Shown here piece after piece: positions 31,247-40,953 of a stretch of 64,000 nt of DNA. This DNA comes from an uncultured Gammaproteobacteria bacterium (GTDB taxonomy: Bacteria > Pseudomonadota > Gammaproteobacteria > JACCXJ01). A program made the translations under genes and the position numbers. The notes beneath the pieces are model-generated. The model searched no databases. It was not told the origin of the DNA and saw nothing but the letters and a program-made list of their open reading frames with translations. The stretch spans positions 1 to 64,000 of the forward strand of contig CAVXTM010000012.1 in NCBI GenBank assembly GCA_963764725.1. Reading direction: 5' to 3'. How positions within the stretch are numbered: position 1 is the stretch's first letter; the number at the start of each line of letters is the position of its first letter.

Positions 31247-31933
31247 TCAATCCAACTGGGTGGAGCCGGTTGCGCTCGATCTCTCCCGCAGCGCGTTCTG
31301 TTTGGTGATTCCCTCCGTGATAGCGAGCTGGATGAGGTCGGCAAGACTGGAGGTGCCTAGCTTCTGTTTGATGCGCAGGGAATAGTTGGACACCGACTTG
31401 GGAGACAGGGACAGGGACTCCGCGATCTGGGCGCATGCCTTGCCCTCGGCGAGCAGGCGGAAGATCTCGAACTCGCGTGCCGTCAGCGCGGTGAGTGCAC
31501 TCTTCTGCGGGTCGAGCCTGCAGAGCGCGATGGCCTGGGCGATATCCTGACTCAAATAGCACTCCCCTTGACCGGCGCGCCGGACGGCCTCCACTAGATC
31601 CCGCGGCGCGCTGGTCTTGGTCACGAAGGCGCTGGCGCCTGCCTGCAGGGCCCGAGTTGCGATCATGGGATCGTCGTGCATCGACAACACAACCACCGCG
31701 GCCTCGGTGAAGCGGGCGCGGATGCGCCGAATGGCCTCGAGCCCCCCCATGCCCGGCATGGCCAGGTCTACGACGACGACACGCGGCGGGTGCTTGAGGC
31801 AGAAGGCATAGGCCTCTTCTCCTGAAGCGGCCTCGCCCGCGATCTCGAAGCCCGCCTGCTGCAACAACAAGCGGCAGCCCTGCCGCACGATGGCATGGTC
31901 ATCGACCAGCAGGATCGTGATCTTGGGTTTCAT
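31247..31933 (-). CDS. NarL/LuxR response regulator (MxcE/MxaB-like by context)
   Basis: LLVDDHAIVRQG, DLAMPG and LTAREFEIFRLLAEG HTH; divergent from the methanol dehydrogenase relic. Confidence 0.9.
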   Translation of the reverse strand: MKPKITILLVDDHAIVRQGCRLLLQQAGFEIAGEAASGEEAYAFCLKHPPRVVVVDLAMPGMGGLEAIRRIRARFTEAAVVVLSMHDDPMIATRALQAGASAFVTKTSAPRDLVEAVRRAGQGECYLSQDIAQAIALCRLDPQKSALTALTAREFEIFRLLAEGKACAQIAESLSLSPKSVSNYSLRIKQKLGTSSLADLIQLAITEGITKQNALRERSSATGSTQLD

Positions 31934-32275
31934 TTCATTACGCGGCTGGTCCAGGGCGGTGATCCCGTCTTGCGCTGGATGGGCGCACCGGGAACTTGAT
32001 GATAATCCACCGATGAGAAAGTGAGAAAGTCCCCTTTCCACGGGCTCGGGCCGCATCGTAGCATGATTCGGTGTCGTGGGGTGTAAGCCCTTCGATACTT
32101 TCATGACCATTGGTTCAGGGACGAACCGCCTTTTCCCACACCCAAACTGTCTTAGCGGTGCGACGCCGCCTCCAGCGTGCGCCCCGCAACCTTGCGGCCC
32201 GTAGCGGTTGTCGCCGCCCTATCAGACGCGGTGCGCCCCGCGTGCGGTCCCGTATTTCTCCTCAACGTTGAGCCC

Positions 32276-32391
32276 GGGAAGTCATCCCACACCTGTGGGA
32301 GATCTGCCCCGATCGCATGTGGAGTTATCGCCCGTGAATTGCGGGCAAGGGACTCTATCGAAAGCGCGGCTTCGCACTTAAGATTGTGCGC
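32276..32391 (+). promoter_or_regulatory. Conserved upstream element, copy 1 (before the xoxF-like gene)
   Basis: GGGAAGTCATCCCACACCTGTGGGA..ATGTGGAGTTATC..GAATTGC..GGGACTCTATCGAAA..AGATTGTGCG aligns with 33293-33408. Confidence 0.75.
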
Positions 32392-32523
32392 TACCGCGGT
32401 TGCGCGGCACGGATCGGACCGCTGCCAGCAAGCATCGCCTTTTGACCATCCGGAGGAGCAACGATGCAACGGTTTTCGTCAGAGCGGCGCCCCGAAAAAA
32501 AATACCAGGAGGAATAAGTCACA

Positions 32524-33276
32524 ATGTCTCCAACAATCAGAGCCAGAAATCTTGCTATTATCGTGACCGCCACGGCTCTATCCGTGACGGCGCCAACCGC
32601 GTCTTCGAATGAGGAGCTCATCCGCTTGTCTCCAAGCGATGAGAATTGGGTGATGCAAGTGCAAGGATTACGTGCGCGCACTACAGCAAAATGACGGATA
32701 TAAAAGCGGACAATGTCGAGCGGCTCCGGCCCGCATGGAGCTTTTCGACTGGCGTGTTGCACGGTCACGAGGGTGGGCCGCTCGTCGTGAACGGCATCAT
32801 GTATATCCACACGCCATTCCCCAATAATACTTTTGCTTTCGACCTCGAGAGACCGGGAGAGATCCTATGGGAGCACAAGCCCAAGCAAGACCCAGCGGCG
32901 CGCGCGGTGGCCTGCTGCGACGTCGTCAACCGCGGTCTGGCCTACGCCGACGGCAAGATTTTCAAAACCCTATTGGACGGCCACATCGTGGCGCTGGACG
33001 CCAAGACGGGGAAAGAGATCTGGAAGATGGAGAACTCCGATATCAGGGTAGGCTCGACGCTTACCGTTGCACCCTTTGTGGTGAAGGATAAGGTTCTAGT
33101 TGGATCGTCAGGCGCTGAGCTCGGGGTGCGCGGGTATGTCACCGCCTACGACCTCGACAGCGGCGAGATGAGATGGCGCTGGTACGCCACCGGCCCCGAT
33201 GAGGAGATGGGCCTGGCCCCAGACTTCAACGGTAAGAACCCGCATTACGGCCAGAAAGGATTGGGCCTCAAGACAC
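32524..33276 (+). pseudogene. xoxF: PQQ-dependent methanol dehydrogenase (XoxF2/MxaF-like), frameshifted and truncated
   Basis: AGGAGG RBS and signal peptide; indels near 32660; [33 protein letters not shown] and NPHYGQ.GLG. Homology ends after about 250 of the expected ~600 aa. Confidence 0.9.
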
Positions 33277-33292
33277 TGAGACTATCTGCTAC

Positions 33293-33408
33293 AGGAAGTT
33301 TTCCCACACAGGTGGGAATATGTACCCGGATAACATGTGAAGTTATCACACGCGAATTGCTGCTGAGGGACTCTATCGAAAAGGGGCTTTCGCTTGTAGA
33401 TTATGCGG
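33293..33408 (+). promoter_or_regulatory. Conserved upstream element, copy 2 (before the TonB-dependent receptor)
   Basis: AGGAAGTTTTCCCACACAGGTGGGA..ATGTGAAGTTATC..GAATTGC..GGGACTCTATCGAAA..AGATTATGCG. Confidence 0.75.
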
Positions 33409-33477
33409 CACAGAGCAAGCCGCCAAAGCCGCGAACAACAATGGCCTTCTGAGCATCGGCACCAATAATAACGTGAC

Positions 33478-35823
33478 ATGATGAGTCCAAGCCCCGTTTC
33501 ACGGAACCCACGTGCATTGATGCGTGCGGCCTATCTGGCGTCGATCCTGCCTCTTGTCTGGAGTTCCTCTCCCGGTATGGCGGAGGAGGGCGACGGGGAG
33601 GGCGAGAGAACGCGCGGTCCCGCCGGCGCGATCGAGCTGCCGGACATCGAGGTGATCGCGACCACGCCCTTGCCGGCGCTCGGCACGCCGATCGATAAGG
33701 TCCCGGCCAACGTGCAGTCGCTGACTGCCGAAGACATCGAGGAGCAGAACCCACTCGATCTTTCCGAGATGCTGTTCGACAACATCGGCAGCGTGAACAT
33801 CAACGCGGCCCAGAACAACCCCTTCCAGAACGATCTGGAATACCGCGGGTTCCTGGCTTCGCCGCTGGTCGGCAGCGCCATCGGCTTATCGATTTATATG
33901 GATGGCGTGCGCATCAACGAAGGATTCGGCGACACGGTCAACTGGGACCTGATCCCGCAGTCGGCCATCTCCAGCGTAGATCTCATCCCGGGCTCAAATC
34001 CGCTTTTCGGCTTGAACACGCTGGGCGGGGCGATCGCGTTACGTACCAAGAGCGGTTTCGCCTATCAGGGTACGGAGGTCGAAGCGAGCGGCGGCTCGTT
34101 CGCGCGCTGGGCAGTAGAGGCCGAGCACGGCGGCAATCATGACGGTTTCGACTGGTATCTCACCTTCAACGCGCTCGATGCGGACGGCTGGCGGGACGAG
34201 TCCCCTAGCGAAATCCGGCAGCTCTTCGGAAAGATCGGGTGGGAGGATGACCAAACCGATCTCGATCTCAGCTACATCTTCGCGGACAACGACTTGACGG
34301 GTAACGGCTTTGCTCCCGAGAGCCTGCTCGCCCAGGATCGCGCAGCGGTGCATACCTTTCCCGACGACACCGACAACAACCTGAACTTCCTGAATCTCAG
34401 GGCAAGCCACGTCTTCACCGATGCGTTGCTGCTGGCGGGCAATGCCTATTATCGAGGGTACCAACGCGATACCTTGAACGGCGATGCCGAGGTCCAGTGC
34501 GTGGATGAGGACGACAGCGCGATAGCGCTCGCGCTCGGGTTATGCGAAGGATCGGCCGCGCCCTTCGGCGGCGTCGGTGAGCTCGGGCTCGAGGTCGAAG
34601 GCGAGGACCGTACCACCCAGACCGACACCGACGGCTACGGCGGGACCCTGCAGTTGAGCCACCAAGCGACGTTCTTCGGGCGCGCGAACAGCTTGACTTT
34701 CGGTTTCGCCTATGACGGAAACGACACGGACTTCACCCAGAGCGAGGCCGAGTCGGAGATATTTCAGCAGGGCCTGGCCCGCGGCACCCGACGGATCGGT
34801 GAGCTTGAGACCGAGGTGGATGTCGCCACCCGCCAGGACAACTGGGGTATCTATCTGACCGACACCTTCGATATCACGGATGCCCTCGCGGCTACCTTTT
34901 CGGGTCGCTATCAGATCACCGAGGTCGAGATCCGCGATCAGACCGGCGATCCGGAAAACGCCGATCTCGACGGTGATCACCACTTCGATCGTTTCAACCC
35001 GGCCGGGGGTCTCACCTATTCGATCTTCGAGGATCTGAACCTCTTCGGCGGCTACAGCGAGAGCTTCCGGGCTCCCACTCCGGCAGAATTGACCTGTGCC
35101 GATCCGGAGGACCCTTGTAATCTGCCCAACGCCTTCGTGGCCGATCCGCCGCTCGATCCCGTGATCGGCAGGACCTGGGAGGTCGGCGCGCGCGGGCGCC
35201 TGCCGCTCGGCGAGGACCTGCGCTGGCGCGTGGCGTTCTATCGCACGACGCTCGAAGACGACCTCATCTTCGCCGTGACCGAAACGGGCGGCGCCGGGTT
35301 TTTCACCAATATCGACGAGACGCGCCGCCAGGGCGTGGAGCTCGGTTTGAATGGGCAGTGGGAGTCCGTGCATTGGTCGGTCAATTACGGGTTCGTGGAT
35401 GCGACTTATGAATCCGCCGAAACGCTGGCGAGCGTGGTCGAGCCCGACGGCATCCAGGTACAGGAAGGCGACCGCATCCCCGGTATTCCCGAACAAAACC
35501 TCAAGGTCAACGCCGACTGGGCTATCCTCCCGAAGTGGTCGGTCGGCGGCACGCTCATCTACGCCTCCGACCAGTTCCTGCGCGGCGATGACAGCAACGA
35601 GTTCGATACGGTGGATGATTACGCCATCGTCAACCTCCGCACCCGCTTTCATCCCTGGGAGCATATAGAGATTTGGGCGCGCATCGACAACCTCTTCGAC
35701 AGCGACTACGAGACCGGTGGGACCCGCAACTTCAATGCCTTCGCCGATCCGATCGCCGAGGAGCGCTTCCTGGCACCCGGGGGCCCGCGCGCCGGCTGGG
35801 TGGGCGTGAAGCTCCGGTTCTAG
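33478..35823 (+). CDS. TonB-dependent outer-membrane receptor
   Basis: Signal peptide, TonB-box-like DIEVIA, plug (YMDGVRIN..GSNPLFG), NLFD.DY and terminal Phe (VKLRF). Confidence 0.93.
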   Translation: MMSPSPVSRNPRALMRAAYLASILPLVWSSSPGMAEEGDGEGERTRGPAGAIELPDIEVIATTPLPALGTPIDKVPANVQSLTAEDIEEQNPLDLSEMLFDNIGSVNINAAQNNPFQNDLEYRGFLASPLVGSAIGLSIYMDGVRINEGFGDTVNWDLIPQSAISSVDLIPGSNPLFGLNTLGGAIALRTKSGFAYQGTEVEASGGSFARWAVEAEHGGNHDGFDWYLTFNALDADGWRDESPSEIRQLFGKIGWEDDQTDLDLSYIFADNDLTGNGFAPESLLAQDRAAVHTFPDDTDNNLNFLNLRASHVFTDALLLAGNAYYRGYQRDTLNGDAEVQCVDEDDSAIALALGLCEGSAAPFGGVGELGLEVEGEDRTTQTDTDGYGGTLQLSHQATFFGRANSLTFGFAYDGNDTDFTQSEAESEIFQQGLARGTRRIGELETEVDVATRQDNWGIYLTDTFDITDALAATFSGRYQITEVEIRDQTGDPENADLDGDHHFDRFNPAGGLTYSIFEDLNLFGGYSESFRAPTPAELTCADPEDPCNLPNAFVADPPLDPVIGRTWEVGARGRLPLGEDLRWRVAFYRTTLEDDLIFAVTETGGAGFFTNIDETRRQGVELGLNGQWESVHWSVNYGFVDATYESAETLASVVEPDGIQVQEGDRIPGIPEQNLKVNADWAILPKWSVGGTLIYASDQFLRGDDSNEFDTVDDYAIVNLRTRFHPWEHIEIWARIDNLFDSDYETGGTRNFNAFADPIAEERFLAPGGPRAGWVGVKLRF

Positions 35824-35840
35824 GGCGATCTGAAGGAAGG

Positions 35841-35960
35841 ATGACAACCGTGATTCGACATCGTAAGTCGCTGGCTATCGCGTTGGGGTTTGTGTTCAGC
35901 GCGACAGCATTGGCGGATGATCCGAAGCTCGTGGCGTACGTGAGCAACAAGAGGGCGGCG
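35841..35960 (+). pseudogene. N-terminal stub of a YVTN beta-propeller protein (PQQ-catabolism-associated type)
   Basis: RBS + MTTVIRH..ALADDPKLVAYVSN(K): signal peptide and first-blade AYVSN motif, after which the frame degrades. Confidence 0.5.
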
Positions 35961-36229
35961 TCACCGCCATCGATCTCGAACCCATGGTTTCAAGCTGCCT
36001 TGGGGGTGGTGGTGCCCCAAGACCTCCGGCAGCCTCAATGCACCCTGACCGGATACAGGCGATCATAGAAGCGGCGGGTTTCCTGACCACGCTTACCGCA
36101 CGCTGCGTCTATACCGAGTGTGCTGCTGCTCGGGTGATGCCGGCTGCTGGTACGCCCGGTCGCCACGAGTTGTCCCGGAGGGCAATGATCGTTACCATCG
36201 CGACTCCCGTGTGACCTCGGGCCTCTCAG

Positions 36230-37630
36230 GTGTCCCTCAAGATCCGACTCGTCTTGATCCTAAGCGCGGCGCTCTCGGTCGGTATCGCCCTGAGCGCTGT
36301 CTTTCTGTGGCTGCACGCTCGTGCGGCGATGCGGTCGGAGATGGACACCACCCTGCGTTCCGCCGAACGTTTGATCTCCGCAGTGCGGTCGCAGCCAGGG
36401 CTCGCCAGTCTCAGCCTTGCAAGCTTGACGGAGTCGCTGGATCGGCTCAGGCATGTCCGGGTGATTAAAACGGACCGAGGCCTGCTCCCGTCCCAGAACA
36501 CGGATGTCGCCGGGGTGCCGCGATGGTTTTCCCGGCTCATCGCCCCAGATAGAGAGAGTTTCAGATCGATCAATCTGACGGTGGGCGACCTCGCGGTCGG
36601 TGGTGCGCATGAGCAGATGATCCTGCAAGCCGATCCCAGCGACGAGATCCGCGAGGTGTGGCAGGACGTTCGGCTGCTCATGGTGATCGCCGCGGCGATG
36701 TGCCTGTGTGTCGGCGGTCTCGTCTACTTTGGCCTTGCACGCGGTCTTCGGCCGCTTGCGGATCTCCATGCGGCGTTTGAACGCTTAGAAGCAGGGAATT
36801 TCGAGACCCGAATGCAGGAACGAGCGGTGATGGAGCTCAAGCGCATCCACCAAAAGTTCAACCGGATGGCCGAGGTGTTGCGTTCGACCAGGGAGCGCGA
36901 GCGCGCACTCGCGAGCCACCTCGTCGATCTCCAGGAGGCGGAGCGACGCAGTCTCGCCCAAGAGCTACACGATGATATGGCGCCCCTTCTCTTTACCATT
37001 TCCGTTCATCTCACGACCATCCATAGTTTTCTTCAAGGCCGGCAATACGCCGCTATTCCTGAAGCGCTCCGGGCCAGCGAGATGACCGTGGTCCAGCTTC
37101 AGGAGCGCATCCGCGCGATGCTCCGGCGACTGCGCCCCCAGGGTCTTGATGAGCTGGGTCTGGATCAGGCGCTGCATGATCTGGTTGAAACCTGGCGATC
37201 CCGACAGCGCCAAACCGAATGGGCGATCGAGACATCCGGACTGATGGATCAACTGGACGACACGCTGCGTGTCACGATCTACCGGATCGTGCAAGAATGC
37301 CTGACGAACGTGGCCCGCCATGCCGGGGCCCGCCGGACCTCGGTGCGCGTTACGGTCGCGCCGGCGCACGGAGGCACCGGAAAGCCAGCGGGTAAAGGTC
37401 AGGTCGTGGACATTCGGGTCGAAGATGACGGGAAAGGAATGCAGCCAGAAACCCCATTCGGCCTAGGTCTCATGGGAATTGAAGAGCGCGTCCAGGCTTT
37501 GGGCGGTGCAATGGCGCTCTCGGAGCAGCACCTCGGTGGCCTCTCCGTGCGTATCTGCGTACCGATCCATGCCAATCACTCCGATCTGGCAGCGGATGCT
37601 TCCCGCATCGCGGTGTCTTCCCGACCTTGA
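36230..37630 (+). CDS. HisKA_3 sensor histidine kinase (MxcQ-like)
   Basis: Two TM helices, VPRWFSRL periplasmic motif, HAMP, ERRSLAQELHDD, QECLTNVARHA, EDDGKG and GLGLMGIEERV. Confidence 0.9.
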   Translation: MSLKIRLVLILSAALSVGIALSAVFLWLHARAAMRSEMDTTLRSAERLISAVRSQPGLASLSLASLTESLDRLRHVRVIKTDRGLLPSQNTDVAGVPRWFSRLIAPDRESFRSINLTVGDLAVGGAHEQMILQADPSDEIREVWQDVRLLMVIAAAMCLCVGGLVYFGLARGLRPLADLHAAFERLEAGNFETRMQERAVMELKRIHQKFNRMAEVLRSTRERERALASHLVDLQEAERRSLAQELHDDMAPLLFTISVHLTTIHSFLQGRQYAAIPEALRASEMTVVQLQERIRAMLRRLRPQGLDELGLDQALHDLVETWRSRQRQTEWAIETSGLMDQLDDTLRVTIYRIVQECLTNVARHAGARRTSVRVTVAPAHGGTGKPAGKGQVVDIRVEDDGKGMQPETPFGLGLMGIEERVQALGGAMALSEQHLGGLSVRICVPIHANHSDLAADASRIAVSSRP

Positions 37631-37641
37631 CTCCCGCCCGA

Positions 37642-37735
37642 TGTTCAAGAGCTGCTGGCGCGCCGAGCCCTCGATCTCGTCGGTATAGACCTTGACCGGG
37701 ACGCGGCTCTCGGTGAGGACTTGCTAGACCGGCAT
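37642..37735 (-). pseudogene. rtcB: RtcB RNA ligase N-terminal relic
   Basis: MPV*QVLTESRVPVKVYTDEIEGSARQQLLNI; internal stop and truncated. Confidence 0.65.
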
Positions 37736-37822
37736 GATCCTGATTGTAGCTCACAAAAAACGAAGGAAAACGGTCTTGAACCCACCTGGCGCCGGCGACG
37801 GCCATCGCGATACCCCCCTCAC

Positions 37823-39022
37823 TCATTCCACGAAATGCAGGCTGCCGAACAGGCCATCGGCCTCGCCGTTCGGCCCGGCGGTGAAGTACAGGTAATTCGC
37901 ACGGCCGAGGCTCGCGCCGTTGCCGAAGGCGAGGCCCCAGAGTCCGCTGATCTGGACGGCCTGCCGACCGCTGCCGCGCAGATAGCCTCTCTGCCGCCCG
38001 CTCTTCAAGCCGAAAGCCACCAGGGTGCCGTCGCCGAAGTTGCCGACGAGGAGCCGCTTGGAGAACGGCCCGAAACCCTCTGGTGCAATCGCCAATCCCC
38101 AGGGAGCGTTGAGCCTCCGGGTGTGGCCGAGCGTTCGCAGGTGTTGGCCGTCGAGATCGAACTCCGCGATGTACCCGAGGCCCGGCCCCTGTTCCTCCTC
38201 GACCGGATCCGCCGTGGTTCTGGCGTAGGCGACGAACAGACCCTGCCTCACACTACCGTCGATCTCGTATTCCAGGTACTGGATGTTGAAGGGCGCGAAA
38301 TCCTCGGGCACGTCAGCGGGCAGCGCGAAGGCGCCGGTCAGGATCGGCTGGTAGGCGCCGTCGAAGCTGTCGATCCGCCGCAGGCCGAAGTTTGCGGCGT
38401 AGAGGCGGTTGCCCAAGCTGAAGGGGGTGATCGCGAGGCCCTTGTACACCGATCCGGCCTCTCCATTTGCGGCGAGGGTAAAGGAGCGCATGCGCTCCGT
38501 CTGGCTCGATCCGGTCTCGGCCCAGCACTGGAGATTGCCGTCCTCGGTCACGACGAGGAACCGGCTCGGGGCCGCGATATGGATACCGGTGAAGCTCGTG
38601 CCCGAGCATGGGAACTCGTCCGAACCGCTGAAGACCTGGCCGGTCGGCGTCGGTGATTGTTCGGGCGTCGCCGGCGCCGGCTCGACTAGAACGGTCTTGA
38701 GTGCGTCCTGGAAGAGCGGCGTCGTATCGGTGTCGCCGACGTAGGTCGTGACGGTTCCCGAATCGGTGTTGGCGATCCACCAATGCCCGCCCGCCCCGGC
38801 CGGACGTAAGGCCAGACCCCAAGCGTTCAAGACGAGCTCGTTTCGGAGCGTCTCCCGACCGGGCTCGAGCCGCGTGCGGTACTTGTCGCGGAAGTTGGTG
38901 ATGAGGTTGCGTTGCGCGTAATAACCCTCCGCGGCTACCGCGGTCTTCGGTGCGACCGCGACTGACGCGATGAAGGTGAGAGCAACGGCAAGCTGCGCGA
39001 TGTGTTTTGTCATGCGTGTCAT
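37823..39022 (-). CDS. TIGR03118 family secreted protein
   Basis: Y.Q.NL, LNAWGLA, PTGQVF, VYKGLA, APFNIQ, LNAPWGLA.AP.GFG, LLVGNFGDG, GLWGLAFG and LYFTAGP..EADGLFG. Confidence 0.88.
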   Translation of the reverse strand: MTRMTKHIAQLAVALTFIASVAVAPKTAVAAEGYYAQRNLITNFRDKYRTRLEPGRETLRNELVLNAWGLALRPAGAGGHWWIANTDSGTVTTYVGDTDTTPLFQDALKTVLVEPAPATPEQSPTPTGQVFSGSDEFPCSGTSFTGIHIAAPSRFLVVTEDGNLQCWAETGSSQTERMRSFTLAANGEAGSVYKGLAITPFSLGNRLYAANFGLRRIDSFDGAYQPILTGAFALPADVPEDFAPFNIQYLEYEIDGSVRQGLFVAYARTTADPVEEEQGPGLGYIAEFDLDGQHLRTLGHTRRLNAPWGLAIAPEGFGPFSKRLLVGNFGDGTLVAFGLKSGRQRGYLRGSGRQAVQISGLWGLAFGNGASLGRANYLYFTAGPNGEADGLFGSLHFVE

Positions 39023-39089
39023 GGCGGCCTCCTGGCTTCAGGCTGCGACCAGCAAGCCATCGCCGGGTGCCATTCGCAGGCGGTGAGCC

Positions 39090-39189
39090 GCCGCCTGAAG
39101 GCCTGGACGAGCCGCAGGTGCTCGAAGCGGCCATCCGGCATGAGCGCCTCGACCTCCAAGTCCGGTGTCGAGTTTCCGATCATCAACAT
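39090..39189 (-). pseudogene. Peroxiredoxin (AhpC-like) N-terminal stub
   Basis: AGGAGA RBS + MLMIGNSTPDLEVEALMPDGRFEHLRL; no catalytic Cys region follows. Confidence 0.55.
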
Positions 39190-39220
39190 AGTCGTGTCTC
39201 CTTGGGGTTTTTGGTTCGGT

Positions 39221-39454
39221 TCAATGACGAATGTCCTGGCAGCTCCGGTCCGACGCCTCGCAGGGCACATGCGCCGGTAGTTTTTCGACGGCTTGCTGCA
39301 TCGCTCCGCACAAGGCCCGGAAGACGTGTGGCGCGAGCTTCAGACTCAGCGGCCCGATGCGCAGGTGGAGGACCTGACATTGCGGGCACAGCGAGATGCC
39401 GCAGAATTCGTTGGTGGCGAGGTCCAGAAGTTGACAGGCTGGGTGCGTATCCAT
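39221..39454 (-). CDS. Small Cys-containing hypothetical protein
   Basis: 77 aa ORF with RBS; ISLCPQCQVLHLRIGPLSLKL; lies in the hemP-downstream gene string. Confidence 0.6.
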   Translation of the reverse strand: MDTHPACQLLDLATNEFCGISLCPQCQVLHLRIGPLSLKLAPHVFRALCGAMQQAVEKLPAHVPCEASDRSCQDIRH

Positions 39455-39499
39455 AGTAGAGATTCCTCTTTAAGTGGGTGGTGGTGTGTACGGGATGGC

Positions 39500-39775
39500 T
39501 CAGAGTTTGTGAAAGAATCGTCGCGAGTGCAGTAGATCCTCACGCAACCAATGTTCGAGGGATGTCCGGCGCGCCATACGCTGCCATTGTTGCGAGAGGT
39601 GTGCGGAAGCCCTGGCGAGGGGCGAGCGCGCGCATTCCGGGTGCTCGGCTATCCACTGGAGGTGTTGGGCCAGCGCCACCGCCGTATCTGCACGCCGTTC
39701 CTCGGCGTAACGCGTCATGAGATAGAGGCTCGCGGCCATCAACACATTGAGCGGGGGCGTCGTATCGAGATTCAT
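39500..39775 (-). CDS. Small hypothetical protein of hemP neighbourhoods
   Basis: 91 aa; LMAASLYLMTRYA..QHLQWIAEHPEC; RBS present. Confidence 0.6.
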   Translation of the reverse strand: MNLDTTPPLNVLMAASLYLMTRYAEERRADTAVALAQHLQWIAEHPECARSPLARASAHLSQQWQRMARRTSLEHWLREDLLHSRRFFHKL

Positions 39776-39974
39776 ACGGACCGATCTCCCACCAGGGCCA
39801 GAGCGGTGCGTAGACAGAAGAGCAACGGTGGCTCCTCCGCGCCTGAGGCGGATATCAAGACCGGCAAAGCGATTCGACGCAACATGTGACAGCCTCCCAC
39901 AGGTTTCGGGCTGGCTGCCTCGTGCCGTCGGGCACGCGGTGGCTCGCGTCTCGTTGAATTAGTTGATCAGATGA

Positions 39975-40169
39975 CTACTTGGTCAGGATCAGTTTTCCCG
40001 CCCGTGTGTGGTGCAGGTGGTACTCCTGCCCGGCGTGCTCGATGATGACCTCGTCACGGCCGGCCAGGAGATCCCGGCTCGCCAGCCGCCGCTTCGGGAG
40101 CGCTGGGCCACAGACTTCTCGGCGATCAGAGCTACTTCGCCCCCGTTCAGGTTTGTCAGACGTGCTCAT
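39975..40169 (-). CDS. hemP: Hemin uptake protein HemP
   Basis: SRDLLAGRDEVIIEHAGQEYHLHHTRAGKLILTK. Confidence 0.9.
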   Translation of the reverse strand: MSTSDKPERGRSSSDRREVCGPALPKRRLASRDLLAGRDEVIIEHAGQEYHLHHTRAGKLILTK

Positions 40170-40176
40170 GTGCATA

Positions 40177-40195
40177 AATGATAATGCTTCTCATT
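40177..40195. promoter_or_regulatory. Fur box
   Basis: AATGATAATGCTTCTCATT with inverted AATGA/TCATT arms, immediately upstream of hemP. Confidence 0.85.
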
Positions 40196-40289
40196 CGCAT
40201 GTCAAGAGGTCCTTGCCCTGAACCAGGGTCCGGCGGCTCAAGGAGCACCGGTGCCGCGACTGTCACCGGCTCGCCATCACCGACGGAAT

Positions 40290-40495
40290 GAGAAGTGCTG
40301 TGGACTCGACGATCAATCGAGCTGCCACGATCGACTCGATCGACACCGAACCAACTGACGTCGGAGGAACTGCGTGCCATTCGTACGATGGTGGAGTCCG
40401 AAGAGTACAATTATGTCCCCACGAGTCGGCTTGTCGTGCTCGCTCAGAGACTGGGGACGGCGCCGCTCCGGCCATCGGGTGCAGACTCGTGTAGA
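40290..40495 (+). pseudogene. DDE integrase/transposase internal relic
   Basis: DDQSSC/PRST..PNQLTSEELRAIRTMVESEEYNYVPTSRLVVLAQRLG resembles rve-type transposase N-terminal regions; frameshifted. Confidence 0.5.
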
Positions 40496-40530
40496 TCCAC
40501 CGAAGTTGATACTCCAATCGTGTTTATGTG

Positions 40531-40953
40531 TTAATCCGTTTTTCCAGGCAAAGTGATGAAACCCATGCGTTGGATGCCGGCATTCTGGGCGGTGGACATC
40601 ACCTTAGCGAGCCGTTCATACAAAGTTGCTTTATCGGCCCGTAAATGCAATTCGGGTTGCGGGTTGCGGTTCGCTGCAGCCGTCAGTTCCACCGTCAACT
40701 CCTCCTCCGAGACGGTCCGATCGTTCCAGTAGAGCGTTCCTCCTCCGTCGATGGCCAAGGTAACGATGTTCGGTTGCTCGGGATTCTGCTGGCTGCTCGC
40801 TTCAGGGAGATCGATCTTAACGGCATGAGTCAGTAACGGGGCCGTGATGATAAAGATGATCAGCAGCACCAGCATGACATCGACTAAGGGTGTAGTGTTG
40901 ATTTCCGCCATCGGCAGCTTGCGGGCAGAGGAATCGAAACTGCCGAAACTCAT
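40531..40953 (-). CDS. exbD: Biopolymer transport protein ExbD
   Basis: EINTTPLVDVMLVLLIIF and LRADK. Confidence 0.95.
   Translation of the reverse strand: MSFGSFDSSARKLPMAEINTTPLVDVMLVLLIIFIITAPLLTHAVKIDLPEASSQQNPEQPNIVTLAIDGGGTLYWNDRTVSEEELTVELTAAANRNPQPELHLRADKATLYERLAKVMSTAQNAGIQRMGFITLPGKTD

Noticed and set aside
36040-36214. Possible xoxJ/mxaJ C-terminal remnant (DRIQAIIEAAGF)
   Set aside because: Similarity too short and weak.
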